Origin: Chitinophagaceae bacterium
GTDB lineage: Bacteria; Bacteroidota; Bacteroidia; Chitinophagales; Chitinophagaceae
Reading direction: 5' to 3'
DNA length: 64,000 nucleotides
NCBI GenBank assembly: GCA_031413755.1
Contig: JANOFR010000109.1
Span: 1,018-65,017, forward strand
Shown: positions 1 through 8,731 of the stretch, piece after piece
How the letters are laid out: every line of letters starts with the position of its first letter
Numbering within the stretch: the first letter of the stretch is position 1
Made by a program: the position numbers and the translations under genes
The notes under the pieces: generated by a model
What the model saw: the letters and a program-made list of their open reading frames with translations, nothing else
Databases searched by the model: none
Told to the model about the DNA's origin: nothing

Positions 1-153
1 GAATTAGTATAGTACTGTTATCATATCGTTCAGCTACATTATATGGAATTAAGTGAGAAACTGTTGAAGATGTATATCCAGGATATTACAGGTAAATATC
101 AGGTACAGTAATTAACCCAATAACAGATGAAATTTATTTCGGATTTTTATCAT

Positions 154-1404
154 TTACAACTTTTTTAGTAAACTTAATTGCTTTAAGCTTTTGTCAATAA
201 TTGAAACGCACTCTATTACCTGTTCTTTGGTTATAACAAGGGGAGGAGCAAAACGTATTTTATCGCCATGTGTTGGTTTCGCAAGCAAGCCATTTTCTTT
301 TAATAACAGGCATAACTCCCAGGCTGCTTTTGGGTTACTGTGTTTAATAACAATTGCATTTAATAAACCCATGCCTCTTACTACGGTCATAAATGGCGAA
401 TTTATTTTTTTCAATTCATGGCGTAATAAGGCACCCATTGCTTCGGCATTTAAACACATGTTCTCATCTTTTAATACCTGCAATGCGGTCATGGCCACCT
501 TGCAGGCTAAAGGATTGCCACCGTATGTACTACCATGTTCACCGGGTTTTATGGTCATCATTATTTCATCATCACATAAAACAGCACTTACCGGCAACAC
601 GCCACCACTTAACGCCTTACCCAGTATTAAAATATCGGGGCGTACATTTTCATGATCGCAGGCTAACATTCTTCCTGTGCGGGCAAGTCCGCATTGTATT
701 TCATCAGCTACCATTAAAACATTATACTCAGTACATAAATCCCTGATCCCTTTTAGATAGCCTTCATCAGGTACAACAACACCTGCTTCTCCCTGGATGG
801 GTTCAAACAAAAATGCAGCTGCATTTTTATCCTGAAATGCTTTTTCCAGGGCCGGTAGATCATTATGTGGTATTGATTCGTAACCGGGAACAAAAGGGCC
901 GTAATTATTTTTGGCAGTTGGATCGCTGCTGAAGGAAATTACATTTATTGTTCTTCCATGAAAATTATCATCACATACGATGATCTTTGCTTCATCAGCC
1001 GGAATCCCTTTTACCTCATAAGCCCATTTACGGCAAAGCTTAATAGCGGTTTCCACTGCTTCAACTCCGGAGTTCATAGGTAATACTTTATCATATGCAA
1101 AATAGTCTGTAATGTATTTTTCAAATTCACCCAGTATATTGCTGTGAAATGCCCTCGAGGTTAGCGTAAGTTTTTGGGCCTGTTCAATTAAAGCCGCAAT
1201 AATTTTAGGGTGACAATGACCCTGGTTAACCGCCGAGTATCCGCTTAAAAAATCAAAATACTTTTTGCCGTCAACATCATATAAAAAAACACCTTCACCA
1301 CGGCTCAATACAACAGGCAGTGGATGGTAATTGTGTGCACCGTATCTTTCTTCAAGGTTTAAATAATATTGTGTATTACCGGTAATATTTATAGTTGTAT
1401 TCAT
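154..1404 (-). CDS. rocD: ornithine--oxo-acid aminotransferase (class III PLP aminotransferase)
   Basis: 416-aa intact ORF. The N-terminal block [46 protein letters not shown] is typical of ornithine aminotransferases. Confidence 0.88.
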   Translation of the reverse strand: MNTTINITGNTQYYLNLEERYGAHNYHPLPVVLSRGEGVFLYDVDGKKYFDFLSGYSAVNQGHCHPKIIAALIEQAQKLTLTSRAFHSNILGEFEKYITDYFAYDKVLPMNSGVEAVETAIKLCRKWAYEVKGIPADEAKIIVCDDNFHGRTINVISFSSDPTAKNNYGPFVPGYESIPHNDLPALEKAFQDKNAAAFLFEPIQGEAGVVVPDEGYLKGIRDLCTEYNVLMVADEIQCGLARTGRMLACDHENVRPDILILGKALSGGVLPVSAVLCDDEIMMTIKPGEHGSTYGGNPLACKVAMTALQVLKDENMCLNAEAMGALLRHELKKINSPFMTVVRGMGLLNAIVIKHSNPKAAWELCLLLKENGLLAKPTHGDKIRFAPPLVITKEQVIECVSIIDKSLKQLSLLKKL

Positions 1405-1453
1405 AAAATAAAAATAATAAAAAGCGTAAATGAAAAAAAGTCAGGCAAACCTT

Positions 1454-1509
1454 CCCCCGTAAGCAGGGGGGTACCAATTATCTATCCTCGATGATTGAGT
1501 AAATCGAGG
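1454..1509 (-). terminator. two hairpins downstream of ispE and upstream of rocD (terminator or leader structure)
   Basis: Hairpin 1: CCCCC(1454-1458) / GGGGG(1466-1470) with a 7-nt loop. Hairpin 2: CCTCGAT(1486-1492) / ATCGAGG(1503-1509). On the minus strand a T-run follows the first. Confidence 0.3.
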
Positions 1510-1576
1510 TTACTGTATAAAAAAGAAGGTATGTTGAAGCGTGTAGTGATATATGTAATTTTCATGCAAGATAAAA

Positions 1577-2398
1577 CTAATTTATGATTTTAATAAAATA
1601 GTTCCTGGCTAAAAAATAAGTGGTATCAAAATCAGTATTAAAAATACCGAAAACAGTGCTGCCGCTTCCACTCATAGCAGCATACAAGGCACCCTGTTTA
1701 TATAATGCTTCTTTAATTTCCTTTATTTCAGGATGAGCTGAAAAAACAGGGGTTTCAAAATCATTATTTAATGCTGTTTTCCAGGTTTCTACCGGCTGTA
1801 GTATAGTCTCCAGGATACATCTTTTGTGCAGGACAGGCGTTATTTGTGAAAATGCCCAGCCTGTATTGATATGAATTCCCGGATTGATTAAGATGATTTT
1901 ATATAAAGACAGGTCTAAATTTATTTCTTTCAATTTTTCCCCGCGGCCGTTGGCGAAACAGGGTTTATTTAATAAAAAGAAAGGGCAATCACTGCCAAGT
2001 TCCAGTGCATATGCAGCCAATTGAATGGTTGAAATTGAAAGTTTAAATTTGTCATTCAATAATTTCAGCATAAAGGCAGCATCGGCTGAACCTCCTCCCA
2101 GGCCTGCTCCCATTGGTATTGCTTTATGTAAATGCAGGTTTATTGCCGGCATCCGGGGGAAATCTTTTTTTAATAAATAGTATGCTTTAATGCAGAGATT
2201 ATCTTCAGTTGTTCCATCAACCAATAAGCCGGTAGCAGTAAACTCAACCGTTTTATTATTAGGTGTATATTCAATTACTTCTAATACATCTGTAAATGGT
2301 AAGGGGTAAAAAACAGTTTCAATATTATGGAAACAATCTTCTCTTTTGCTGAAAATTTGTAAGCCAAGGTTTATTTTGCAGTTGGGAAAAACAATCAC
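1577..2398 (-). CDS. ispE: 4-diphosphocytidyl-2-C-methyl-D-erythritol kinase
   Basis: 273-aa ORF with a GHMP-kinase motif (IPMGAGLGGGSADAA) and the typical IspE N-terminus (KINLGLQI). Confidence 0.9.
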   Translation of the reverse strand: MIVFPNCKINLGLQIFSKREDCFHNIETVFYPLPFTDVLEVIEYTPNNKTVEFTATGLLVDGTTEDNLCIKAYYLLKKDFPRMPAINLHLHKAIPMGAGLGGGSADAAFMLKLLNDKFKLSISTIQLAAYALELGSDCPFFLLNKPCFANGRGEKLKEINLDLSLYKIILINPGIHINTGWAFSQITPVLHKRCILETILQPVETWKTALNNDFETPVFSAHPEIKEIKEALYKQGALYAAMSGSGSTVFGIFNTDFDTTYFLARNYFIKIIN

Positions 2399-2445
2399 AG
2401 CTAAAATTAATTGAATAAAATAGTATCATATTAATGGAAAGCAGG

Positions 2446-3030
2446 TTAGCTTCCTTTCCGGCTTTTTATTTCATCTCTAATTGCAATGGCCCTGATATAA
2501 TCTTCATGATCCAGTACTTCAGCAAGTAAACCTTCAAGTTCATCTAAAGATAAAGATTTCAAATCATCGCTGCCTCCTGTTTCGGAAGTTACAGAAGTGG
2601 TTTTTTTAACTTTTCCATCGTCTTCCATTAATATTCCGGCCTGGTCTAAAATTGTATCATAGGTATAAATTGTACAGCCAAAACGTACTGCCAAAGCCAA
2701 TGCATCTGAAGTCCTGGAATCAATTTCAACAGTATCATTTGCCGAACTGCATACTAATTTGCTGTAAAAAATACCTTCCTGTAAATCATTTATCACCACT
2801 TCATGTAATTCAACATTAAAGGCCATCATAAAATTCTTCATCAGGTCGTGCGTCAGGGGTCTGCTCGGGCTCATCCGCTCCAGGGCTACTGCAATAGCCT
2901 GTGCTTCAAAACCACCAATTACAATAGGTAAGCGGCGTAATCCATTTACTTCTCCCAGCACAACAGCATAAGAATGTGTTTGAGTAATACTGTGGGATAA
3001 AGCCACTATTTCCAGTTCTATTTTTTTCAT
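2446..3030 (-). CDS. bifunctional nuclease family protein (BFN/DUF151) with a C-terminal UVR motif
   Basis: 194-aa ORF. The N-terminal block resembles the DUF151 fold (VVLGEVNGLRRLPIVIGGFEAQAIAVALE). The C-terminal segment EDYIRAIAIRDEI is UVR-like. Confidence 0.75.
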   Translation of the reverse strand: MKKIELEIVALSHSITQTHSYAVVLGEVNGLRRLPIVIGGFEAQAIAVALERMSPSRPLTHDLMKNFMMAFNVELHEVVINDLQEGIFYSKLVCSSANDTVEIDSRTSDALALAVRFGCTIYTYDTILDQAGILMEDDGKVKKTTSVTSETGGSDDLKSLSLDELEGLLAEVLDHEDYIRAIAIRDEIKSRKGS

Positions 3031-3146
3031 ATCCTAAATGCTCTTTTTACAATAAAATCCTTTAGTAAATAGCAAATATAAAATAAAAGCCTTTCAAATT
3101 TAAGTGAAAGGCTTTAAATATGGCTTTTAATGTTTTTAAAAATAAG

Positions 3147-4160
3147 TTATGCCCCTTTTAATTTTTTAACCGCTTCAATAAACTTTGGCATTACTTCAAA
3201 AGCGTCACCTACAATACCATAATCGGCCGCTTTAAAAAACGGGGCTTCGGGATCTTTATTTATAACCACAATAACTTTACTTCTGTTAACACCGGCCAAA
3301 TGCTGGATAGCACCTGAAATGCCTATTGCAATATATAAATTGGGTGCAATGGCAAGTCCTGTTTGTCCAACATGCTCGTGATGTGGACGCCAGTCACTGT
3401 CGGCAACCGGGCGGCTGCAGGCAGTTGCTGCCCCTATTAATTTTGCAAGATCGGTAACCATTGCCCAGTTTTCGGGCCCCTTTAAACCCCTGCCACCGCT
3501 AACTACTATTTCAGCTTCACTCAAAGGAATTTCGCCCACTACTTTATTAGTTGATGTTACCTGAACTTTTGCAGTATCTACTGTTGCAGCAAATTCAGCA
3601 ACTTCAGCTTTTGAATCAGTAGTTACAACAGAATAAGAATTCGGATTAAGTGCAATGATCTTTATGTCAGTTGTAACCGTAATATGGGCAAATGCCTTGC
3701 CACTGAAAACATTTTTCTTTACGGTAAATCCCCGTCCGACAGGGTCATCCCCGTCCGTACCGGCACGGTCGGACGGGCGGGCATTGCTGAGATCAGGCAG
3801 GGCAACAGCACCTGAAACCAGGCCCGCTTTTAATCTTACACTTAAGCGGGGAGCAATTGCCTTGCCGTTAAAATTATTGGAGAAGATAATTACTTTAGCA
3901 TCAAAAGCTATTGCTGCATCTGCAATTATTTTGGTAAATACCTGTGCATCTACATGATCAAGCGCTTCATTTTTTACGGTATGCACTTTTTTAATACCAT
4001 AGTTTCCTAAAGTTGCCAAATCATCAGAAACGGTACCTAATACAATTGCTTCGGCAGTTGTACCGGTTAATTCAGCAACTTTAGCCGCATAGGAAGCAGC
4101 CTCAATTGAAGATTTTTTGATGTGTCCCTCAGATTGGTCTAAAAATATTAATACTGACAT
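3147..4160 (-). CDS. etfA: electron transfer flavoprotein alpha subunit
   Basis: 337-aa ORF with the conserved C-terminal FAD-binding block (VVSGGRGLKGPENW ... YIAIGISGAIQHLAG). It lies directly downstream of etfB. Confidence 0.92.
   Translation of the reverse strand: MSVLIFLDQSEGHIKKSSIEAASYAAKVAELTGTTAEAIVLGTVSDDLATLGNYGIKKVHTVKNEALDHVDAQVFTKIIADAAIAFDAKVIIFSNNFNGKAIAPRLSVRLKAGLVSGAVALPDLSNARPSDRAGTDGDDPVGRGFTVKKNVFSGKAFAHITVTTDIKIIALNPNSYSVVTTDSKAEVAEFAATVDTAKVQVTSTNKVVGEIPLSEAEIVVSGGRGLKGPENWAMVTDLAKLIGAATACSRPVADSDWRPHHEHVGQTGLAIAPNLYIAIGISGAIQHLAGVNRSKVIVVINKDPEAPFFKAADYGIVGDAFEVMPKFIEAVKKLKGA
3728..3782. repeat. GC-rich palindromic mini-element inserted in frame in etfA
   Basis: ATCCCCGTCCG occurs as a direct repeat at 3728-3738 and 3747-3757. 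An inverted copy GTCGGACGGG at 3768-3777 is the exact reverse complement of 3731-3740. The segment is about three-quarters G+C by hand count in an AT-rich gene. Confidence 0.6.
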
Positions 4161-4179
4161 AAAATTCGTTTAACTTTTA

Positions 4180-4923
4180 TTAAATAGCTTTTGCTTCTTC
4201 ATGTAACAACCTCACCAACTCCTCCGGATTATCCGGCGAAACCAATTTAACCCCTGCTTTTGCAGGCGGAAGTTCAAATGAAGAAACAGCTGTTAATGTG
4301 TCAACAGCAACAGGCTCAACTGCATGTAATGCTTTGCTTCTTGCACCCATTATGCCTTTCATGTTAGGAATGCGTTGTTCGGCCATACCTTTTTGGCAGC
4401 TTACAACCAATGGCAGCAACACTTTATTGGTTTCTTCACCACCTTCAATTTCACGAACGATTATAGCATTGGTTCCTTCAAGTGTGAATTTTGTAGCCAG
4501 CGAAACATATGGCAGGTCGAGTAATTCAGCTACCATACCACCAATTGATGAGCCATTGTAATCAATGGTTTCCTTGCCAGTAAAAACTAAATGGTAAGTA
4601 CCTTTTTTTGCTATCTCAGCAATTTGAGAAGCAATATAAAAACTATCCTGACTGTCGGCATTAACCCTAAAGGCTTCATCGCCACCCAATGCCAATGCTT
4701 TTCGAATAATGGGATCGCAATCAGCCGTGCCAACAGTTACCAGGTGTATTACAGTTGAAGGGTCTGCTTCTTTCAATTCGATTGCCCTGACCAGGGCATA
4801 CCATTCGTCGTATGGATTGATGATCCACTGCACGCCATCAACAGTGAATTTCGTATTGTTATCAGTGAAGGCTATTTTTGCCGTGGTATCAGGGGTTTTA
4901 CTGATACAAACCAAGATCTTCAT
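4180..4923 (-). CDS. etfB: electron transfer flavoprotein beta subunit
   Basis: 247-aa ORF with a typical EtfB N-terminus (MKILVCISKTPDTTAKI). It lies immediately upstream of etfA on the same strand. Confidence 0.92.
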   Translation of the reverse strand: MKILVCISKTPDTTAKIAFTDNNTKFTVDGVQWIINPYDEWYALVRAIELKEADPSTVIHLVTVGTADCDPIIRKALALGGDEAFRVNADSQDSFYIASQIAEIAKKGTYHLVFTGKETIDYNGSSIGGMVAELLDLPYVSLATKFTLEGTNAIIVREIEGGEETNKVLLPLVVSCQKGMAEQRIPNMKGIMGARSKALHAVEPVAVDTLTAVSSFELPPAKAGVKLVSPDNPEELVRLLHEEAKAI

Positions 4924-5025
4924 GTAGAAAATTTTAATGATCCTTAAATAGGTTGTTTATGCAACTATTGCAAAGATAAGTGAAGAGCAGGAATTTTTAA
5001 TAAAAAAGTAAATAATTATTGTGCC

Positions 5026-5337
5026 ATGAGCAGGATAGAAAAATTATTAGAATATATGAGAACGTCCGGTAAGGATAGTTTTCTGCAACATGCACTGGCA
5101 CTGGAATACATTAAGGTTGATAAAGATGAGGAAGCACGTAAACTCTTTAATGAAATCCTGTTGAGGGAACCAACTTATATCGGTTCTTACTATCATTTGG
5201 GTAAGTTGTTAGAGCGTGCCGGCGATTATGACAAAGCGATACGGGTGTATAAAAGAGGCATGGAGGAGTCAAAGAAGGCAAACGATCATCATACACATAT
5301 GGAGTTGCAGGGAGCGTTGGAGGATATTGAGGAGTAA
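5026..5337 (+). CDS. small tetratricopeptide-repeat protein
   Basis: 103-aa ORF with TPR-like helical repeats (ALALEYIKVDKDEEARKLFNEIL ... YYHLGKLLERAGDYDKAIRVYKRG). Confidence 0.7.
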   Translation: MSRIEKLLEYMRTSGKDSFLQHALALEYIKVDKDEEARKLFNEILLREPTYIGSYYHLGKLLERAGDYDKAIRVYKRGMEESKKANDHHTHMELQGALEDIEE

Positions 5338-5352
5338 CGGCCTCACCCCAAC

Positions 5353-5371
5353 CCCTCTCCGGTAGAGAGGG
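5353..5371 (+). terminator. stem-loop just after the TPR gene stop
   Basis: CCCTCTC(5353-5359) / GAGAGGG(5365-5371) with a 5-nt loop. There is no clear T-tract. Confidence 0.3.
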
Positions 5372-5556
5372 AAATGGAAGAATGAAGCGAAGATTATGTT
5401 TTATATTTTTTGGGAACCGGCAATTATTTTAATCTGCTTCATTGGCAACGGCTGTTTGTTAATTATCATTTTTTTAGTATAAAAGCGAACATTAATCACT
5501 CTTGTAATACATTTCAATATTGAACTTTTATCTAAGCGTATTTAGAATATTTAGGT

Positions 5557-6936
5557 ATGAACCTGTTAGAAAAATTTAAGAAGTACATAAAACAACAAAA
5601 TCTTTTTCAACCAAAAGACAGGCTGCTGCTTGCCGTAAGCGGGGGAGTAGATTCTGTTGTGCTGTGTGAACTGTGCAAACAGGCAGGCTATACTTTTATC
5701 ATTGCTCATTGCAATTTTCAGTTGCGTGGCCCTGAAAGCGAACGTGATGAATCATTTGTAAAACAGCTTGGAAAGAAATATGAAGTTGAAGTATTGGTTA
5801 AAAAATTTAAAACAGAAAAGTACGCCGCAGAAAACAAATTAAGCATTCAGGTTGCGGCCAGGGAACTTCGATATAAATGGTTTGATGAACTTGTATTAAA
5901 AAATAAAAGTGATTTAAATGCTAATGTGCCCAACGAGAAACAAGAAACAGCCAACTGGCTCCTGACAGCTCATCATGCCAATGATAATATTGAAACATTG
6001 CTGATGAATTTCTTTAAAGGTACAGGTGTAAACGGGTTAAGAGGGATTTTACCAAAACAGGAGAAAATAATCCGCCCGTTACTGTTTGCCAAAAAAGAAA
6101 TGTTAACCGGATTCGCTGCATCAAATAAGCTGAGTTTTGTAGAGGATTCTTCCAATAATTCTGTTAAATACACCCGGAATTATTTCCGCAATCAGTTAAT
6201 TCCTGATCTGCAAAAAGTTTTCCCTCAGGTTGAAGATAATCTGATGGGTAATATTGAACGTTTCCGGGAAATTGAACAGTTGTACGATCAATCTGTTCAA
6301 CAGGTAAAGCAAAAATTACTGGAGCCGAAGGGAAATGAAATACATATACCTGTTTTAAAATTGTTGAAAACAAAACCTTTGAATACCCTTGTGTATGAAA
6401 TCATCAAAGACTATGGTTTTTCTGCCAACCAAACGGAAGCTGTAATTGCTTTATTAAAAAGTGAAACGGGTAAATACATCCAATCCGTTTCATACAGGGT
6501 ATTTAAAAACCGTAACTGGCTTATCATTTCGCCAAACGAAAACCCACTGTCACAGCATATTCTGATAGAAGAAGGAGAAAAAAATGTGCAATATGCAATA
6601 GGCAATCTGCAAATTATAATGCTGTCAGTTGCCAATTTTCAATTGCCAATTGCCAATTCTATCGCAATGTTAGATGCCAATGAGATTCTATTCCCCCTGT
6701 TGTTGCGGAAATGGAAAATAGGCGATTATTTTTACCCGCTCGGAATGAAGAAAAAGAAAAAGCTCAGCCGTTTCTTTATTGATCAGAAATTATCACTTAC
6801 CCAAAAAGAAAAAACCTGGGTAATGGAAATGGATAAAAAAATAATCTGGGTTGTGGGCCTTCGCATTGATGACCGTTTTAAAATTACTGCCGGTACAAAA
6901 AATATTTTACAGATCACCTTATCATTTACCGAATAA
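5557..6936 (+). CDS. tilS: tRNA(Ile)-lysidine synthase
   Basis: 459-aa ORF with a PP-loop (LLLAVSGGVDSVVL) and the TilS C-terminal block (GDYFYPLGMKKKKKLSRFFIDQK). Confidence 0.9.
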   Translation: MNLLEKFKKYIKQQNLFQPKDRLLLAVSGGVDSVVLCELCKQAGYTFIIAHCNFQLRGPESERDESFVKQLGKKYEVEVLVKKFKTEKYAAENKLSIQVAARELRYKWFDELVLKNKSDLNANVPNEKQETANWLLTAHHANDNIETLLMNFFKGTGVNGLRGILPKQEKIIRPLLFAKKEMLTGFAASNKLSFVEDSSNNSVKYTRNYFRNQLIPDLQKVFPQVEDNLMGNIERFREIEQLYDQSVQQVKQKLLEPKGNEIHIPVLKLLKTKPLNTLVYEIIKDYGFSANQTEAVIALLKSETGKYIQSVSYRVFKNRNWLIISPNENPLSQHILIEEGEKNVQYAIGNLQIIMLSVANFQLPIANSIAMLDANEILFPLLLRKWKIGDYFYPLGMKKKKKLSRFFIDQKLSLTQKEKTWVMEMDKKIIWVVGLRIDDRFKITAGTKNILQITLSFTE

Positions 6937-7572
6937 ACTCGGATGTTTGAGTTCTTCAATTATCCCGGTAAACAATGCCGGTTGCATATAAGCGATTAAG
7001 ATGAGGGTAAATGCAAGCCCAAATAGCGAGCCCCATAAATGGGCATCATGATTTATATTATCTCCGCCTTTTTTACCCATATATACGCAGTATAAAATAT
7101 ATAACACGGCATATACCGTTGCCGAAATTTTTAGGGCACCATACAAATAAATACTGCTCCATGGACTAAATAATATAGTAGCAAAAACCACGGCAGATAC
7201 TGCACCTGATGCCCCCAGTGACCGGTAATTATAATCATTTTTATGTTTTATATAGCTGGGTATATCAGATACAATCAAACCGGTAAAATAAAGAGCCAGG
7301 TAAGAGATATTTCCACCAAGGCCATAATAACTGAAATACATTTCCAGGTTCCGGCCAAAAAAGAACAGGGTAAACATGTTGAAGATAAGGTGCATGTAAT
7401 CGGCATGCAAAAAACCTGAAGTGATAAAACGGATGTATTGATTTTCACGGGCTACGCGGTAAGGCCACATGATTGTTTTATCAACAAGGGCGGCATTTGA
7501 AAAGCCGATTAAAGAAAAAATTACATTCGCTACAATTAATCCAATGGTTAAAGGGTAAAGCTCAAGATTCAT
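6922..7572 (-). CDS. rhomboid family intramembrane serine protease
   Basis: 216-aa polytopic ORF with the HxxxN region (HLIFNM), the catalytic GASGA motif (LGASGAVSAVVF) and a downstream His (AHLWG). Its 3' end overlaps tilS by 15 nt (convergent). Confidence 0.85.
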   Translation of the reverse strand: MNLELYPLTIGLIVANVIFSLIGFSNAALVDKTIMWPYRVARENQYIRFITSGFLHADYMHLIFNMFTLFFFGRNLEMYFSYYGLGGNISYLALYFTGLIVSDIPSYIKHKNDYNYRSLGASGAVSAVVFATILFSPWSSIYLYGALKISATVYAVLYILYCVYMGKKGGDNINHDAHLWGSLFGLAFTLILIAYMQPALFTGIIEELKHPSLFGK

Positions 7573-7623
7573 ATTTAATTATTTATTCCGCGAATTTGCA
7601 GTAGTCAAATCTAAATCATTCTT

Positions 7624-8097
7624 TTAACTGTGGTGATATTTTTCGTTACGGTTGATGGAACAGGCACGGTAGATCTGTTCTGCCAGGATCAACCTTACCA
7701 GTTGATGTGGAAAAACAAGTTTCGACAGACTCCATTGGGCATCTGCCCTTTTTTTTACTTCTTCACTAACACCAAATGCTCCTCCAATTAAAAATACAAT
7801 TGTCTTTGTACGTTCATTGGCCCTCACCTGTATAAAATTTGCCAACGCTTCACTACTCAGTTGTTTGCCTCTTTCATCCAGTAAAACAAGATAGTCTTCC
7901 CTGTTTAAAAAACTTAAAACTGTTTCCCCTTCTTTTTTCTTCAAATCCATTTCACTCAGCATGGCCGTATTTTTTGGCATGGGAATAATGTTCCATTCTG
8001 CAGCATAGTAATGTGTGATACGCTTTGTAAACATATCCACGGCTTCCTTAATGTAGGATTCATGAGCCTTGCCGATTGACCAGAGTTGCAATTTCAT
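7624..8097 (-). CDS. rlmH: 23S rRNA (pseudouridine1915-N3)-methyltransferase
   Basis: 157-aa ORF with SPOUT-fold RlmH blocks (VLLDERGKQLSSE ... FLIGGAFGVS ... SLSKLVFPHQLVR). Confidence 0.9.
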   Translation of the reverse strand: MKLQLWSIGKAHESYIKEAVDMFTKRITHYYAAEWNIIPMPKNTAMLSEMDLKKKEGETVLSFLNREDYLVLLDERGKQLSSEALANFIQVRANERTKTIVFLIGGAFGVSEEVKKRADAQWSLSKLVFPHQLVRLILAEQIYRACSINRNEKYHHS

Positions 8098-8111
8098 AAC
8101 TTAAAAATAAG

Positions 8112-8139
8112 AAAGCCTTTCAATAAGAAAGGCTTTTTT
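8112..8139 (-). terminator. intrinsic terminator closing the tRNA / GIY-YIG unit
   Basis: Perfect 10-bp stem AAAGCCTTTC(8112-8121) / GAAAGGCTTT(8127-8136) with a 5-nt loop. T-runs follow it on both strands. Confidence 0.55.
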
Positions 8140-8140
8140 G

Positions 8141-8457
<317 letters not shown>

Positions 8458-8463
8458 TCATAT

Positions 8464-8490
8464 AAAAAAAGAGATTATCCTTCGATAATC
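8464..8490 (-). terminator. intrinsic terminator after tRNA-Arg
   Basis: GATTATC(8473-8479) / GATAATC(8484-8490) with a 4-nt loop. On the minus strand it is followed by a run of T (8464-8470). Confidence 0.5.
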
Positions 8491-8497
8491 CCTTTGC

Positions 8498-8574
8498 TGG
8501 TGACCGCGTTAGGATTCAAACCTAAAACCTTCTGATCCGTAGTCAGATGCTCTATTCAGTTGAGCTACGCAGCC
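8498..8574 (-). tRNA. tRNA-Arg (anticodon ACG), CCA encoded
   Basis: Hand-folded 77-nt cloverleaf. Acceptor GGCTGCG/CGCGGTC has two G-U pairs. Anticodon stem is TCTGA/TCAGA with loop CTACGGA. T-stem is TTAGG/CCTAA. Confidence 0.88.
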
Positions 8575-8589
8575 AATTTTATTTTCAAT

Positions 8590-8665
8590 TTGATCAGGCT
8601 TTAACCCTAAAATCATCCCGGGTTAAGCAGGTATGCTCTATTTATACCATTAGCTTTCGGAAAAG
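8590..8665 (-). pseudogene. decayed tRNA-Arg-like remnant
   Basis: It shares the AATAGAGCAT and TTTTAGG blocks with the neighbouring tRNA-Arg in the same order. The acceptor, anticodon and T arms no longer fold. Confidence 0.3.
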
Positions 8666-8699
8666 CTACACAACAACCACGTTGGGTTTTTTCGGAGGG

Positions 8700-8707
8700 C
8701 AAAGATA
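8700..8707 (-). promoter_or_regulatory. Bacteroidota -7 box (TATCTTTG) for the tRNA array
   Basis: The minus strand reads TATCTTTG, matching the TAnnTTTG consensus, upstream of the tRNA units. Confidence 0.4.
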
Positions 8708-8731
8708 GGAATTTATTTGCTTCTCTTCAAA

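Noticed and set aside
1-153. Looked for a partial gene at the left edge of the window.
   Set aside because: All frames contain stops within the first about 50 nt on both strands. At most a few C-terminal codons could be present, so nothing can be supported.
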